Notes: generated by a model from the sequence alone, not told the origin. 64,000 nt of DNA from an uncultured bacterium (GCA_963977445.1 CAXBPH010000003.1:1-64000), one strand, 5' to 3'; positions 9,930 through 21,068 are shown, counted from the stretch's first letter. Numbers and translations are program-made.

Positions 9930-10952
9930 ATGAAAAAAAGAGGCTTTACCTTAATCGAATTGCTCGTTGTTATCGCGATTATCGGGATACTGGCGGCCAT
10001 ATTACTACCAGCCCTGGCCCGCGCTCGGGAAGCGGCCCGTCGGGCGAGTTGCCAGAACAATCTGAAACAACTGGGGCTCGTGGCAAAAATGTATGCCGAC
10101 GAGAGCAAAGGCAACCTCTATCCCAACCCACAGGGCAATGAATTCGGGGGACTGGATTGCGAAACGGGCGGCACAAACGCCAGCTTCACCTACAACAGCC
10201 CCTATTCAGCTGCGGCCTTCTTCATGCGGATGAAAGAGATCTACCCCGAATATCTGACGGACCAGAATGTTATCTATTGTCCGTCTGATCAGGAGCCCAA
10301 TGTCTTAAAGAACCCCAATACCGGTGAGGCCTGGGCCCACCTCCCCTGTTCCGACAATGACTTTGGCATTGGCAAAGCCGACATCAGCTACGCCTACACC
10401 GCCTGGGTCTATGACGATATCGAAGAAGAAACCATGTCGGTCACGTTCATGAACCCGGACATTCCGGCCGATTGGCTCGCGGCGCCTCAGGTTGTCGGCT
10501 ACCTTGCGGTCTTACTGGTAGCTGCACCGACACGCAATGTCATCGAAGGCGGTGGCGACCCGGAAACGGCCGTCGGCATCCAGTTTAAGCATACCCAAGA
10601 GGACATCAAGTTTTCGGACTATATTCCCTACGACAGTTCCGGCGGCATCAACATGGCCATCACGGCCAATGGCGGGCCCATAGGTAATGGCGGCAGTGAT
10701 ACCATGTTGCGTTTGCGGGATGGTATTGAACGCTTCCTCATTACCGACATAAACAATGCCGCCGGCTCAGCCCAGGCCCAGAGCAATATCCCGATCATCT
10801 ATGATCAGGTAAGCGGCACCACCATCGCCTACTACAACCACATCCCCGGCGGCAGCAACGTGCTGTTTATGGATGGTCACGTGGAGTTCCAGAAGTATGG
10901 CTCGGGCGGTGTCACTTCGAAAGGCTTCGCGGCGGCCTCTTCAATTCCGTAA
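9930..10952 (+). CDS. DUF1559 / prepilin-type N-terminal cleavage-methylation protein with H-X9-DG motif
   Basis: [14 protein letters not shown]...[17 protein letters not shown]-terminal [16 protein letters not shown]. Confidence 0.92.
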   Translation: MKKRGFTLIELLVVIAIIGILAAILLPALARAREAARRASCQNNLKQLGLVAKMYADESKGNLYPNPQGNEFGGLDCETGGTNASFTYNSPYSAAAFFMRMKEIYPEYLTDQNVIYCPSDQEPNVLKNPNTGEAWAHLPCSDNDFGIGKADISYAYTAWVYDDIEEETMSVTFMNPDIPADWLAAPQVVGYLAVLLVAAPTRNVIEGGGDPETAVGIQFKHTQEDIKFSDYIPYDSSGGINMAITANGGPIGNGGSDTMLRLRDGIERFLITDINNAAGSAQAQSNIPIIYDQVSGTTIAYYNHIPGGSNVLFMDGHVEFQKYGSGGVTSKGFAAASSIP

Positions 10953-10981
10953 GCGCAAATCAGGCCCATTAAGGTCGTTTC

Positions 10982-11015
10982 GACGCCCCGGAGCAAATTT
11001 CGGCTCCGGGGCGTC
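10982..11015 (+). terminator. Hairpin (probable terminator) after the DUF1559 gene
   Basis: Perfect 13-bp stem gacgccccggagc/gctccggggcgtc; no clear U-tract. Confidence 0.55.
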
Positions 11016-11156
11016 CTCCGTTTACAGGGCCCACGGCGCACACGTGGAACGCTGAAAAAGAATGTCCGCGCCCCCAGTGCGCAATTGAAAAAAAACCGTG
11101 GGAGGGGTATCCTTAAGGTTGGACTGTACTTAGCACCCGTCAGGTAATTTAAATCG

Positions 11157-14063
11157 ATGAAACTTGCCATACATAAGATAGCCGGCCTTTCCTTGGGGAT
11201 TTTTTCGTCCCTGGCCGTTGGTCAACCCGCACCCGATCCCGATTTTTTCACAACGGCCGTCAAACCTGTCCTGGAAGCCAACTGCTTCAAGTGCCATGGC
11301 GGACGGCCCGCGATTAAAGGAGAATTTCGCATCACAAGCCAGGAAGGCCTTGCCCGGGGCACGACCCGGGGCCCTGCGATTGACGTGGAGAACCCGGCAG
11401 AGAGCGCCCTGCTCCAGATGATCAGCTACAGCGATGAGCAACATCAGATGCCGCCATCGGGCAAGCTGTCGCAGGAAGACATTGACACCCTCACAAAATG
11501 GGTGACGATGGGTGCCCCATGGGCCCCTGAAGGCGAAGACTTCGGGGTACCGCCTGAGGAACATCATGGACCGACAGACAAGGGCAAGGACCACTGGGCG
11601 TATCAGCCCGTGACCCGTCCCGACGTGCCCCAGGTAGCCGACCCGAACTGGCAGGCCAATCCTATTGATGCCTTCGTCCGGGCCCGACTCGATGGGGCGG
11701 GCTTTACCCCGGCCGAACCGGCCTCCCGACAGGTCATGATTCGCCGCCTCTACTATGATCTTACCGGCCTCCCCCCCGCCCCCGAAGCGGTGGAAGCCTT
11801 TATTCACGACGAACGGCCAGACGCCTATGAACAGCTGGTGGATGCCCTGCTTGCCAGCCCCCACTATGGCGAGCGATGGGCCCGGCACTGGCTCGATGTG
11901 GTGGGCTATGCGGAAACCCATGGCTTTGAGCGAGATTCCGACAAGCCCTTCATGTGGCGCTACCGTGACTATGTCATCGATGCCCTCAATAAAGACAAGC
12001 CCTACGACCAATTTGTCCGTGAACAGATTGCGGGCGATGAGATGCCCGAAGCCGGCCCCGAACAGTATATCGCGACGGGACTTTATCGCCTTGGCATCTG
12101 GGACGATGAGCCCGCCGACAAGGCCCTCGGTCGCTACGATGAGTTGGATGGCATGGTACAAACGGTAACCGCTACCTTTCTGGGCTCGACCCTCGGTTGC
12201 GCCCGGTGCCACGATCATAAAATCGACCCCTTCCCCACGGTCGACTACTACAGCATGATCGCCTTCTTCCAGGGCATCAAGTCAACCCAGCGTCAGTCAG
12301 AATTAACGCCCGTCATGACGAAAGAAGAACAGGCCGCCTACGACGCCGGGGTGGCCCAGAAGAATGCCGATGTCGCCCATATCAATGACCAGATCTATCA
12401 GGAGGAGCAGCAATTTCTCACCGCCCTGAATGCCAAGGCGGGCACCGATGCCCCCCCCATTCGGCGGAGCGATCTCGTCGACCTGAACTTCCGCTTTTAC
12501 CGTGATACGTGGGAAACACTCCCCGCCTTTGACACCCTCCGGGCCGAAACCGAGGGCAAGCTGGCCCACAATTTTGTAACCCTGTCGGCCGCGAGTCGTA
12601 AGGATGCCATGGGGCTGGTCTTCCAGGGCAAGTTGCGGGTCACAGAAGAAGGCGAACACCAATTCAAGATAAAGGCCAAGGATGGCATCCGCCTCACTAT
12701 CGGCGAGAAGGTCGTCTATGAAGCCGTGGGTACCGGCACCCATGAAGAGACGGTTTCACTCCCCCTCTGGCCGGGCCAACACGCGTTCCGCGTTGACTAT
12801 TTCAACACCTATGACGGGCCACTCCTCGACCTCCAGTGGTCCGGGCCCTCCTTCGAGCTTCGCCCCCTGTCGCTGGACGCACCAACGGCGGAAACGCCCG
12901 ATGTGCCCAAGCTCATCGCGGCACGTGGTGCTGAAGTCCTCAGTGAAGAAGCCCGCACCCACTATGACCAACTCAAAAAAGACCTCAAGGCGACCCAGGA
13001 CCGACACGTACCGGGTCAGTGGGGCACGACCGTAATTTCCACGGGCCCCCAGGTTGCCGATACCCATGTCCTCCTTCGCGGCAACCCCCATGTGGAAGGT
13101 GAGCTGGTCCAACCGAATTTCCCGGGCATCTTGAGCCAGGGTGCCGCAGTCGTTCCTCCGGCAAATTCAGACGCAAAATCGCCGGGCCGTCGTCTCGTCC
13201 TCGCCAACTGGCTGGCCAGCACAGAAAATCCCATGACCGCACGGGTGATGATGAATCGAATCTGGCAATACCATTTTGGACGTGGCATCGTGCGGACCTC
13301 CAATGATTTTGGCACCATGGGCGAGCCGCCGACCCACCCCGAATTGCTCGACTGGCTCGCCAGTGAGTTCGTCGCCCGGGATTGGTCCATAAAATCCATG
13401 CACCGCCTGATCTTACTGTCGAACACCTATCGCATGTCGTCCAAGGGCGACGAAACCGCCCTGGCAAAAGATCCCCGAAACAATCTGCTGTGGCGCTTCG
13501 ACGTGCGACGTCTGGAAGCCGAAGAAATTCGGGACTCCATGCTCGCTGTAAATGGCAGCCTCAATTCCAAAATGGGGGGCCCACAGGTCTTCCCGCCCAT
13601 GCCGGCCGCCGTGCTGGCCACGTCGTCTACGCCGGATCACGTCTGGGGCAATTCCCCCGTAGAGGAGCACACCCGTCGCAGCATCTACACCCATGTGAAG
13701 CGTTCACTGAAGGACCCTCTGCTGGCCGATTTTGATATGGCCGACACGGAATCGAATTGTGCCGTGCGCTTTACGACGACCCAGCCTACCCAGGCACTCA
13801 ACATGCTGAACAGCGACTTCGTAAACACCCAGGCCGAACGACTGGCCACGGAGATCACCGAAGAAAATGCCGCCAACCTGCAAACGAAGGTGTGGCTGGT
13901 CCTGAATAAAGTCACCCAGCGCACGCCGGACAACAGCGAAGTGGATATGGGCCTCGCCTTTATCGCCGAGGTCCAGGAGCGCTATGGCTATGATGAGGCC
14001 CAGGCCTTTGAGCGATTCTGCCTCCTGGCATTGAATCTGAATGAATTCTTATACGTTGACTAA
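11157..14063 (+). CDS. PSD1/planctomycete cytochrome c protein (PSCyt1 + DUF1549 + PA14-like insert + DUF1553)
   Basis: CFKCH; YGERWARHWLD, CARCHDHK; ARVMMNRIWQYHFGRGIV, HPELLDWLA, TQALNMLN. Confidence 0.9.
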   Translation: MKLAIHKIAGLSLGIFSSLAVGQPAPDPDFFTTAVKPVLEANCFKCHGGRPAIKGEFRITSQEGLARGTTRGPAIDVENPAESALLQMISYSDEQHQMPPSGKLSQEDIDTLTKWVTMGAPWAPEGEDFGVPPEEHHGPTDKGKDHWAYQPVTRPDVPQVADPNWQANPIDAFVRARLDGAGFTPAEPASRQVMIRRLYYDLTGLPPAPEAVEAFIHDERPDAYEQLVDALLASPHYGERWARHWLDVVGYAETHGFERDSDKPFMWRYRDYVIDALNKDKPYDQFVREQIAGDEMPEAGPEQYIATGLYRLGIWDDEPADKALGRYDELDGMVQTVTATFLGSTLGCARCHDHKIDPFPTVDYYSMIAFFQGIKSTQRQSELTPVMTKEEQAAYDAGVAQKNADVAHINDQIYQEEQQFLTALNAKAGTDAPPIRRSDLVDLNFRFYRDTWETLPAFDTLRAETEGKLAHNFVTLSAASRKDAMGLVFQGKLRVTEEGEHQFKIKAKDGIRLTIGEKVVYEAVGTGTHEETVSLPLWPGQHAFRVDYFNTYDGPLLDLQWSGPSFELRPLSLDAPTAETPDVPKLIAARGAEVLSEEARTHYDQLKKDLKATQDRHVPGQWGTTVISTGPQVADTHVLLRGNPHVEGELVQPNFPGILSQGAAVVPPANSDAKSPGRRLVLANWLASTENPMTARVMMNRIWQYHFGRGIVRTSNDFGTMGEPPTHPELLDWLASEFVARDWSIKSMHRLILLSNTYRMSSKGDETALAKDPRNNLLWRFDVRRLEAEEIRDSMLAVNGSLNSKMGGPQVFPPMPAAVLATSSTPDHVWGNSPVEEHTRRSIYTHVKRSLKDPLLADFDMADTESNCAVRFTTTQPTQALNMLNSDFVNTQAERLATEITEENAANLQTKVWLVLNKVTQRTPDNSEVDMGLAFIAEVQERYGYDEAQAFERFCLLALNLNEFLYVD

Positions 14064-14128
14064 ACGCCCCACGGCCCCCCGTATCGGTGGCTGGCCAACG
14101 AGGGCGCGTAAGACAGGAGTAAAAAGCG

Positions 14129-15601
14129 ATGGCTGACAATAAACCACGCGGTTCATTTTGCGGGCGTACCCGCCGGGAATTTCTCACCACCATGGGCGGC
14201 GGATTTACCTCCCTGGCCCTGACCGGACTGCTCGCGAAGGATGGCTTCCTGAACAATCAGGCTTTCGCGGCCGATGGGGTATCTTCCTTTGAAAGTCCCC
14301 TCGCCTCAAAGATTGCCATGGCCGCCCCCAAAGCCAAGAGTGTCATCTTCCTCTTCATGTATGGTGGCCCCAGCCATGTGGATACCTTCGACTACAAGCC
14401 CGAGCTGTTCAAGCTGGACGGAAAGACCATTCAGGTTAAAACAGCCGGACGAGGCGGCAAGAAAAACGAAGGTCGCGTCGTCGGCCCCAAATGGCGATTC
14501 AAGCAATATGGCCAATCGGGTGCCTGGGTGTCGGAACTCTTCCCCCATGTCTCCACCTGCGTGGATGACATCACCTTCCTGAAATCCATGACGGCCGACT
14601 CCCCCATTCACGGCTCGGCCATGCTCATGATGAATTCGGGACGCATCCTCAGTGGCAACCCGTCCATGGGTTCGTGGGTCAACTATGGCCTGGGCTCCAT
14701 GAACGAAAACCTCCCCGGCTATGTGGTCATGCTCGACAAGACCGGCGGCCCTATCAGCGGTGCCCAGAACTGGAGCAGCGGCTTCATGCCCGCCAACTAC
14801 GAGGCCACCGTATTCCGTCCCCAGGGCGACCCCATCCTCAACCTCTCCAATGATCGTGGCATGTCGCGGGAAGAGCAACGAACGCTCCTGAACCACCTCA
14901 ACCACTTCAATGACCAGCATCTGGCCGACCGGGTCGACAACAGCGATCTCGCCGCCCGCATCGCAAGCTATGAGCTGGCCTATAACATGCAAGTCACCGC
15001 CCCGGAAGCCGTTGACCTGGCCCAGGAACCGGAGCACGTTAAACGGCTCTACGGCATGGATCACGACCGGACGGAAGACTTTGGACGAAAGTGCCTCATG
15101 GCCCGGCGCATGGTCGAGCGGGGTGTGCGCTTTGTTCAGCTCTACTCCGGTGGCGCCCACAACGACGCCAACTGGGATGCCCACGCCGATCTGCAGGACA
15201 ACCACAATTACCACGCAGGCAATACGGACAAACCCATTGCCGGCCTCTTGAAAGATCTTAAACAGCGGGGACTGCTGGACGAGACCCTGGTCATCTGGGG
15301 CGGCGAATTTGGCCGTCAGCCCACGGCGGAATATGAAAAGGGCACGGGCCGCGACCACAATTCCATGGGCTTCACCATGTGGATGGCCGGTGGCGGCATC
15401 AAAGGCGGCATGTCTTACGGCGAGACCGACGAGCTCGGCAGCACCGCCGTAACCAACCGCCTCCACGTGAAACGTCTCCACGCCACCGTACTCCATCAGA
15501 TGGGCCTGGACCCCAACCACCTGAGCTATTTCTACAACGGCCTCGATCAGAAGCTCGTCGGTGTAGAAGGTGCCGAGCCGATCTGGGATATTATCGCGTA
15601 G
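14129..15601 (+). CDS. DUF1501 domain protein (Tat)
   Basis: TRREFL; IFLFMYGGPSHVDTFD; ERGVRFVQ; WDAH; GEFGR; GRDH. Confidence 0.9.
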   Translation: MADNKPRGSFCGRTRREFLTTMGGGFTSLALTGLLAKDGFLNNQAFAADGVSSFESPLASKIAMAAPKAKSVIFLFMYGGPSHVDTFDYKPELFKLDGKTIQVKTAGRGGKKNEGRVVGPKWRFKQYGQSGAWVSELFPHVSTCVDDITFLKSMTADSPIHGSAMLMMNSGRILSGNPSMGSWVNYGLGSMNENLPGYVVMLDKTGGPISGAQNWSSGFMPANYEATVFRPQGDPILNLSNDRGMSREEQRTLLNHLNHFNDQHLADRVDNSDLAARIASYELAYNMQVTAPEAVDLAQEPEHVKRLYGMDHDRTEDFGRKCLMARRMVERGVRFVQLYSGGAHNDANWDAHADLQDNHNYHAGNTDKPIAGLLKDLKQRGLLDETLVIWGGEFGRQPTAEYEKGTGRDHNSMGFTMWMAGGGIKGGMSYGETDELGSTAVTNRLHVKRLHATVLHQMGLDPNHLSYFYNGLDQKLVGVEGAEPIWDIIA

Positions 15602-15950
15602 GATCGACCTCGTATAGCCCGGCCCCTTCTCGATACGTTGTTTTTTTAACCACAAAGAACGCAAAGAACACAGAGAAGAGGTAGCCGCAGGGGCGCACAA
15701 AACGTCCCTGTGTCTGTTAATTCTTTTAAGTCGTTCCGCGCGATCGGGTTTTGGACGCGACGCAGGCGCTCCAAAACGCGTTCGTGCGTGGGGACTCGAA
15801 ATCTGCCGACACCCTGTCACTACTTTCCCCCACCGACGACACCTTCCCTGCAACAACGACAAACGCCGCTCCCAGCGGCACGAAAAACCGGGAGCGACGT
15901 TTGTTTTGCTTTCCCAGTGATTCACCTTCTCTGGGAATATGGGTTCGAAG

Positions 15951-18884
15951 TCAGCAGGCGGCGGCGCAGTCCTTTTTCACCTGTCCGATGGCACCGGCCA
16001 ATTCTTCGGCAGGGGGCAGGTGCAGATAGACAAAGCCGTCGTTAACTTTTACGTCAAAGGTCGCCACCCGAAGGTTGTCGCCTGAGACGCAAGAGCCGTC
16101 TTCGAGAGAGAACTGTTTCTTATGCATGGGGCAGGCCACCTTCGGCACGCCCTCGTCGTCACCGAGTAATCCACGGGCAAGAACCATGTCTTGCTTGTGG
16201 GGACACATATTCTGGGTGGCATACCATTTATCTTCTTCGCCATAACGAAATACGGCTAACTGCACCCCGCCGTAGCTGACCGCCATGCCCCCCTCTTCCG
16301 GGAAGGTACCCACACGTCCGGCTTTCCACCAGGACTGGGTCGACCATTCAAAGCCATCGGACGATTTCGCCACAACAGGCCAGTCCACGGGACGTTTCTG
16401 GTCGCGCTCTTCCACGTAGCCGATGGTGGGGTCAGCCTCATCAACGTTGGCAAAGTGCCGGAACAAGGCCCGTTTTTCTGGGTTATTCACCACTTCAGCC
16501 CATTCGCACTGGTAGGTATCCACCAGTCGGGCCATGTCGGCCTCCAGCACTTCGCACAATCCGAGCACATCGCCAATAACGACGTCTTTCAGATGGGCGA
16601 CGCCACCTTCCAACTTTTCCAACCAGACAGAAGTTCGCTGAAGGGGGTCGGCCGTCTGAATGTAATACATGAGAAAGCGGTCGATGTATTTAATGGCCGT
16701 TTCCGTGTCGATTTCCGAGGCAAACAAGTCGGCATGACGGGGTTTGGTACCGCCATTACCGCAGAGGTAAAGATTCCAGCCTTTGTCGGTGGCAATCAGG
16801 CCCACATCCTTGCACTGGGCCTCGGCACACTCTCGGACGCAGCCGGACACGGCAAACTTGAGCTTGTGGGGCGAGCGAATGCCGCGATAGCGCTCTTCGA
16901 TCTCGACAGCGAAGGCGGTGGAGTCCTGGACGCCATACCGGCACCAGGTCTGGCCTACGCAACTCTTTACGGTACGCACCGACTTACCATAGGCATGACC
17001 ACTTTCGAAGCCCGCCTCGATGAGCTCTTCCCAAATGTCAGGAAGCTGCTCCACCCGGGCTCCGAGGAGGTCTACACGCTGGCCGCCGGTAATCTTACAG
17101 TAGAGATCATATTTCTTTGCCACCTTACCGATGACGATGAGTTTATCGGGGGTTATTTCCCCACCGGGAACGCGGGGTACGACCGAGTAGGTACCCCCTC
17201 GTTGGATATTGGCAAGATAACGATCATTGGTATCCTGAATGGTGGCGTGCTTCACAATGTGGTCATTCCAAAGACTCGCCAGGATGGAGGCCACCACGGG
17301 CTTGCAGACTTCGCAGCCCTCGCCGCCGGTGCCACACCCGGCGAGAATCATCCGAAAGTTTGTGAGCTTCTTCACCTTGACGCTATGGAACAATTCCTGA
17401 CGACTCATGGGAAAATGGGAGCAGACTACCTTCTTCACCACCACACCGGCCCGCTTGAACTCCTCGGCCATAATATCTTTCACCAGGGGAATGCAGCCAC
17501 CGCAGCCCGTACCAGCGCAGGTAGCACTCTGCACATCGCCCAAATCACTGAGTTTGTGTTTCCGGATGGCGGTGCAAATTGCCCCTTTACTCACATTATT
17601 ACAGGAGCAAACCTGGGCGTCATCGGGCAGAGATGCGGCGCCAGCAGCGCCGTCTCCCCCACTCCCCAGGAGCAGGGTCTTGGGTTCTCCCACAATGCCG
17701 TCGAGGCTTCGATAGGTGTGCAGCAATTTGGCGTAGTCGGAAGTATCCCCCACCAGAATGCCCCCAAGAATCTGGCGGCGGTCCTCGGAGAGAATTATTT
17801 TCTTATACACGCCACTGACCGTATCCTTCACCACCACCGTGTCACTCTTCGGGCCCTCCGTATCAATCGATCCCAGGCTCGCCACTTCCACACCCATCAA
17901 CTTCAACTTGGTGGACATGTCCGCGCCGGTAAAGTGGGCCTCATGTCCCATGAGGTTTTCCGCCAGGGTGTCGGCCATCTGGTAACCCGGGCCCACCAAG
18001 CCGTAGATCATGCCACCGTGCAGGGCCAACTCGCCGATAGCAAAAACGTTGGGATCATTGGTCTGCATCGTATCGTCCACGATGACACCACCCCGTTCGC
18101 CTACGGCCAATCCAGACTCCCGGGCCAGTTCATCCCGTGGTCGGATACCAGCAGAAATGATGAGCATGTCCGTGTCGAGTAAGACATCGTCCATAAAGGT
18201 GAGGCCCGTAATCGCGCCGTTCCCTTCGATTCGTTTCGTTTGATGCTGAAGCAACACCTTCACGCCGAGGGCTTCAATTTCCCGAACCAACAACTTGGAA
18301 CCTTCGTCGTCGAGCTGACGGGGCATGAGTCGCGGGGCGAACTCCACCACGTGTACATCCAACCCCAGGTCGACTACCGCCTTGGCCGCTTCCAGTCCCA
18401 AAAGTCCGCCACCAATTACGGTGGCCGTCTTCGAGTTTTTCGCATAGGCTCTTATGGCATCAAGGTCTTCAATGGTTCGATAGACGAATACGCCTTTTTT
18501 ATCGACCCCGGCAATGGGCGGCACAAAAGGTGCCGAGCCCGTAGCAAGTACAAGATAGTCGTAGTGCTCGATGTCACCATCATCGGTAACGATGGTATGG
18601 GATTCCCGATCAATCGAAGCCACCCGCTGACTCGTGTGGAGGGTAACGTCGTTGGCTTCATACCACCCGAGACCATCCAACGTAAGATCTTCGATGGTGT
18701 TCGTTCCGAAGTAACTGGTGAGCTGGACACGGTCATAGGCCGGCCGAGGCTCTTCGCCATAAACGACAATATCGTAGTGACTCTTGCCATCGAGTTCTCG
18801 GAGTTTTTTGCAGAAACGATGCCCAACCATTCCGTTCCCCACCACCACAACTTTCTTTCGAATTATTTCTACGGTTGCTGACAT
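15951..18884 (-). CDS. nirB: NADH-dependent nitrite reductase, large subunit fused to C-terminal NirD-like Rieske domain
   Basis: VVGNGMVG FAD motif, GGGLLGLE, BFD-type Cys clusters, SCVGQTWC/SGCVRECAE siroheme motifs, Rieske CPH...CPMH. Confidence 0.95.
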   Translation of the reverse strand: MSATVEIIRKKVVVVGNGMVGHRFCKKLRELDGKSHYDIVVYGEEPRPAYDRVQLTSYFGTNTIEDLTLDGLGWYEANDVTLHTSQRVASIDRESHTIVTDDGDIEHYDYLVLATGSAPFVPPIAGVDKKGVFVYRTIEDLDAIRAYAKNSKTATVIGGGLLGLEAAKAVVDLGLDVHVVEFAPRLMPRQLDDEGSKLLVREIEALGVKVLLQHQTKRIEGNGAITGLTFMDDVLLDTDMLIISAGIRPRDELARESGLAVGERGGVIVDDTMQTNDPNVFAIGELALHGGMIYGLVGPGYQMADTLAENLMGHEAHFTGADMSTKLKLMGVEVASLGSIDTEGPKSDTVVVKDTVSGVYKKIILSEDRRQILGGILVGDTSDYAKLLHTYRSLDGIVGEPKTLLLGSGGDGAAGAASLPDDAQVCSCNNVSKGAICTAIRKHKLSDLGDVQSATCAGTGCGGCIPLVKDIMAEEFKRAGVVVKKVVCSHFPMSRQELFHSVKVKKLTNFRMILAGCGTGGEGCEVCKPVVASILASLWNDHIVKHATIQDTNDRYLANIQRGGTYSVVPRVPGGEITPDKLIVIGKVAKKYDLYCKITGGQRVDLLGARVEQLPDIWEELIEAGFESGHAYGKSVRTVKSCVGQTWCRYGVQDSTAFAVEIEERYRGIRSPHKLKFAVSGCVRECAEAQCKDVGLIATDKGWNLYLCGNGGTKPRHADLFASEIDTETAIKYIDRFLMYYIQTADPLQRTSVWLEKLEGGVAHLKDVVIGDVLGLCEVLEADMARLVDTYQCEWAEVVNNPEKRALFRHFANVDEADPTIGYVEERDQKRPVDWPVVAKSSDGFEWSTQSWWKAGRVGTFPEEGGMAVSYGGVQLAVFRYGEEDKWYATQNMCPHKQDMVLARGLLGDDEGVPKVACPMHKKQFSLEDGSCVSGDNLRVATFDVKVNDGFVYLHLPPAEELAGAIGQVKKDCAAAC

Positions 18885-19010
18885 GGTTTGAAGTTTTCCC
18901 GCCCAAGCGACTATGGAAAACACCGCATTTCGCCTAAGAAAGCGTTTCGGTGATTTACCCATTCAGGAGATCTTCCGACATTTCCGTCATATCGGGATTT
19001 GATCGAGAAA

Positions 19011-19027
19011 TGCAATTCTCGTGCCAA
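19011..19027 (-). promoter_or_regulatory. Sigma54 promoter of nirBD
   Basis: Minus strand TTGGCACGAGAATTGCA. Confidence 0.85.
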
Positions 19028-19527
19028 TGAGGCCACACGATTCCGGTTTGAGCTGTTTTCCTGGCTCTCGGAATGGGGCAGTTTGAAAACAATCCACATA
19101 AACTAAGGCGTTTACGCACAAAATATGCCAGTTCGCGCCCACCGGGCTTCCTGTCGAAGTCACTTCCTCTTGTATTTTGCAATGCTGCGGCCACCGCTAG
19201 CCGCCCAGTATCGTCGACAAAAAAACTACATTTCCGTAGGCATAACTCAAAACCATAACCAATAGGTACTTTTAAAATCCCCCCACCTCAACGACAAGCA
19301 GCATGTGCCAGGAATACAAACTACGTGGTCCATTGTACGCAATCAAGTAACTTTTTACGTATCTAGATACGTGCTTCTACCCATATCAATAAAGAATATC
19401 ACCCAATAAAACAAGCAATTTTCATGCAGATTATGCGCCCACCTTTCCGGTAGAAACCGTCGACCGATGACGACAATCGCTATCCGTTACCGGGGCGTCA
19501 AGGGGCATCCGGGGACCTATTACGCCT

Positions 19528-19543
19528 TTGGCACAGATTTCGC
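19528..19543 (+). promoter_or_regulatory. Probable sigma54 promoter of the nitrate transporter-nitrate reductase operon
   Basis: TTGGCACAGATTTCGC keeps GG-N10-GC; one mismatch in the -12 box; about 48 nt before the transporter start. Confidence 0.6.
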
Positions 19544-19590
19544 GTTCATAGAGAAAATTTCCTGGCCTCCCTTACTGAAAGGAATCCTCT

Positions 19591-20937
19591 GTGGATATCA
19601 AGCACAAAGCTACCCGGATCGAACTATTTAACTTTAGAACGGTCCAGATGCGAGCCTTCCATATGTCGTGGTTTGCTTTCTTTCTTTGCTTTTTTGCCTG
19701 GTTCGGCATTGCTCCCATGATGGTTATCGTGCGAGACGAATTGTCCCTCACGAAGGCACAGATCGGAAACACGATCATCGCGTCGGTCGCCATCACCATC
19801 ATTGCGCGCCTGTTTATCGGGTGGCTCTGTGATCGCATCGGCCCCCGTTTAACCTACACGTGGTTACTCGTTTTCGCGTCGATTCCAGTTATGGGTATCG
19901 GGCTGGCCCAGAGTTACGAAACCTTTCTTCTCTTTCGTCTGGGAATTGGTGCCATCGGTGCCTCATTCGTTATTACCCAATACCACACATCCGTCATGTT
20001 TGCACCCAACTGTGTGGGAACGGCCAATGCCACCACGGCCGGCTGGGGCAATCTTGGCGGTGGTGTTACGCAGATGGTCATGCCCCTGCTTTTCAGCACC
20101 CTGCTGGTCATCGGCCTGAGTGAATTCTGGGCGTGGCGAACGGCCATGGTTATCGCTGGCGTAGTTTGCATGCTTACGGGTGTCGCCTATTATTTTGTTA
20201 CGCAGGATACGCCGGACGGCAACTTCAAGGACCTCCGTGAACGGGGCCTGATGAGCTCGGCGAAGGACAACAAAGGTGCCTTTCTGGAGGCGGCGAAAGA
20301 CTATCGCGTCTGGGCTTTGTTTTTTGTCTATGGCGCGTGTTTCGGCGTAGAACTCACCATCAACAACGTCATCGCCCTCTACTACACGGATTACTTCGGC
20401 ATGGGTATGAAGGCCGCCGGTGCGTTGGCTGCCTGCTTCGGTCTCATGAACTTATTTGCCCGCACCCTGGGTGGCTTCTTTGGCGACAAACTTGGCATCA
20501 AGTATGGCCTGAAAGGACGGGTCCACTGGCTCACCGTCGCCCTCTTCATCGAAGGTCTTGCCCTCATGCTCTTCTCGCAGATGACCTTCCTCCCCCTGGC
20601 CCTGGGCACCATGATCATTTTCAGCCTCTTCGTGCAGATGTCGGAAGGCGCAACCTTCTCAGTCGTTCCCTTCATCAACAAACGGGCCCTTGGCGCGGTA
20701 GCCGGCATTGTCGGTGCCGGTGGAAACTTTGGTGCCGTATGCGCGGGCTTCCTCTTCAAGTCCGGTGCCATCACCTGGCCCCAGGCGCTACTTATTCTGG
20801 GCGTCATGGTAACCCTCTGTTCTGGGCTTACCGTGTTCGTCCGTTTCAGCGAAGCCGACGAACGGGCTGCCGAAGCCGCAAATGAACTCGCTCGGGACAT
20901 GGAAGACGGGGCTGTTGCGGAACCCGCATCCGCCTAG
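19591..20937 (+). CDS. narK: NarK/NRT2-family nitrate/nitrite MFS transporter
   Basis: FHMSWFAFFLCFFAWF; nitrate signatures AGWGNLGGG and GAGGNFG; 12-TM pattern. Confidence 0.92.
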   Translation: MDIKHKATRIELFNFRTVQMRAFHMSWFAFFLCFFAWFGIAPMMVIVRDELSLTKAQIGNTIIASVAITIIARLFIGWLCDRIGPRLTYTWLLVFASIPVMGIGLAQSYETFLLFRLGIGAIGASFVITQYHTSVMFAPNCVGTANATTAGWGNLGGGVTQMVMPLLFSTLLVIGLSEFWAWRTAMVIAGVVCMLTGVAYYFVTQDTPDGNFKDLRERGLMSSAKDNKGAFLEAAKDYRVWALFFVYGACFGVELTINNVIALYYTDYFGMGMKAAGALAACFGLMNLFARTLGGFFGDKLGIKYGLKGRVHWLTVALFIEGLALMLFSQMTFLPLALGTMIIFSLFVQMSEGATFSVVPFINKRALGAVAGIVGAGGNFGAVCAGFLFKSGAITWPQALLILGVMVTLCSGLTVFVRFSEADERAAEAANELARDMEDGAVAEPASA

Positions 20938-21068
20938 ACATTGTGTTTTCCTGAAATGGGTTAACACCAGTAAAAGACCTCTTAATGTCGGGACGGATGG
21001 CAGCCAACGTGGCTACCATCCGTTGCGACGTTAAACTCAAGCGCGACGAATGCGAAAAGAGTTACATT

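Noticed and set aside
14306..15925. 539-aa minus-strand ORF
   Set aside because: Antisense shadow of the DUF1501 gene with no motifs; common in GC-rich DNA
16455..18182. 575-aa plus-strand ORF
   Set aside because: Antisense to nirB with no recognisable domain
19441..19515. Possible ANTAR (NasR/NasT) dual-hairpin leader
   Set aside because: Hairpins are weak, lack clear hexaloop consensus and lie upstream of the predicted sigma54 promoter
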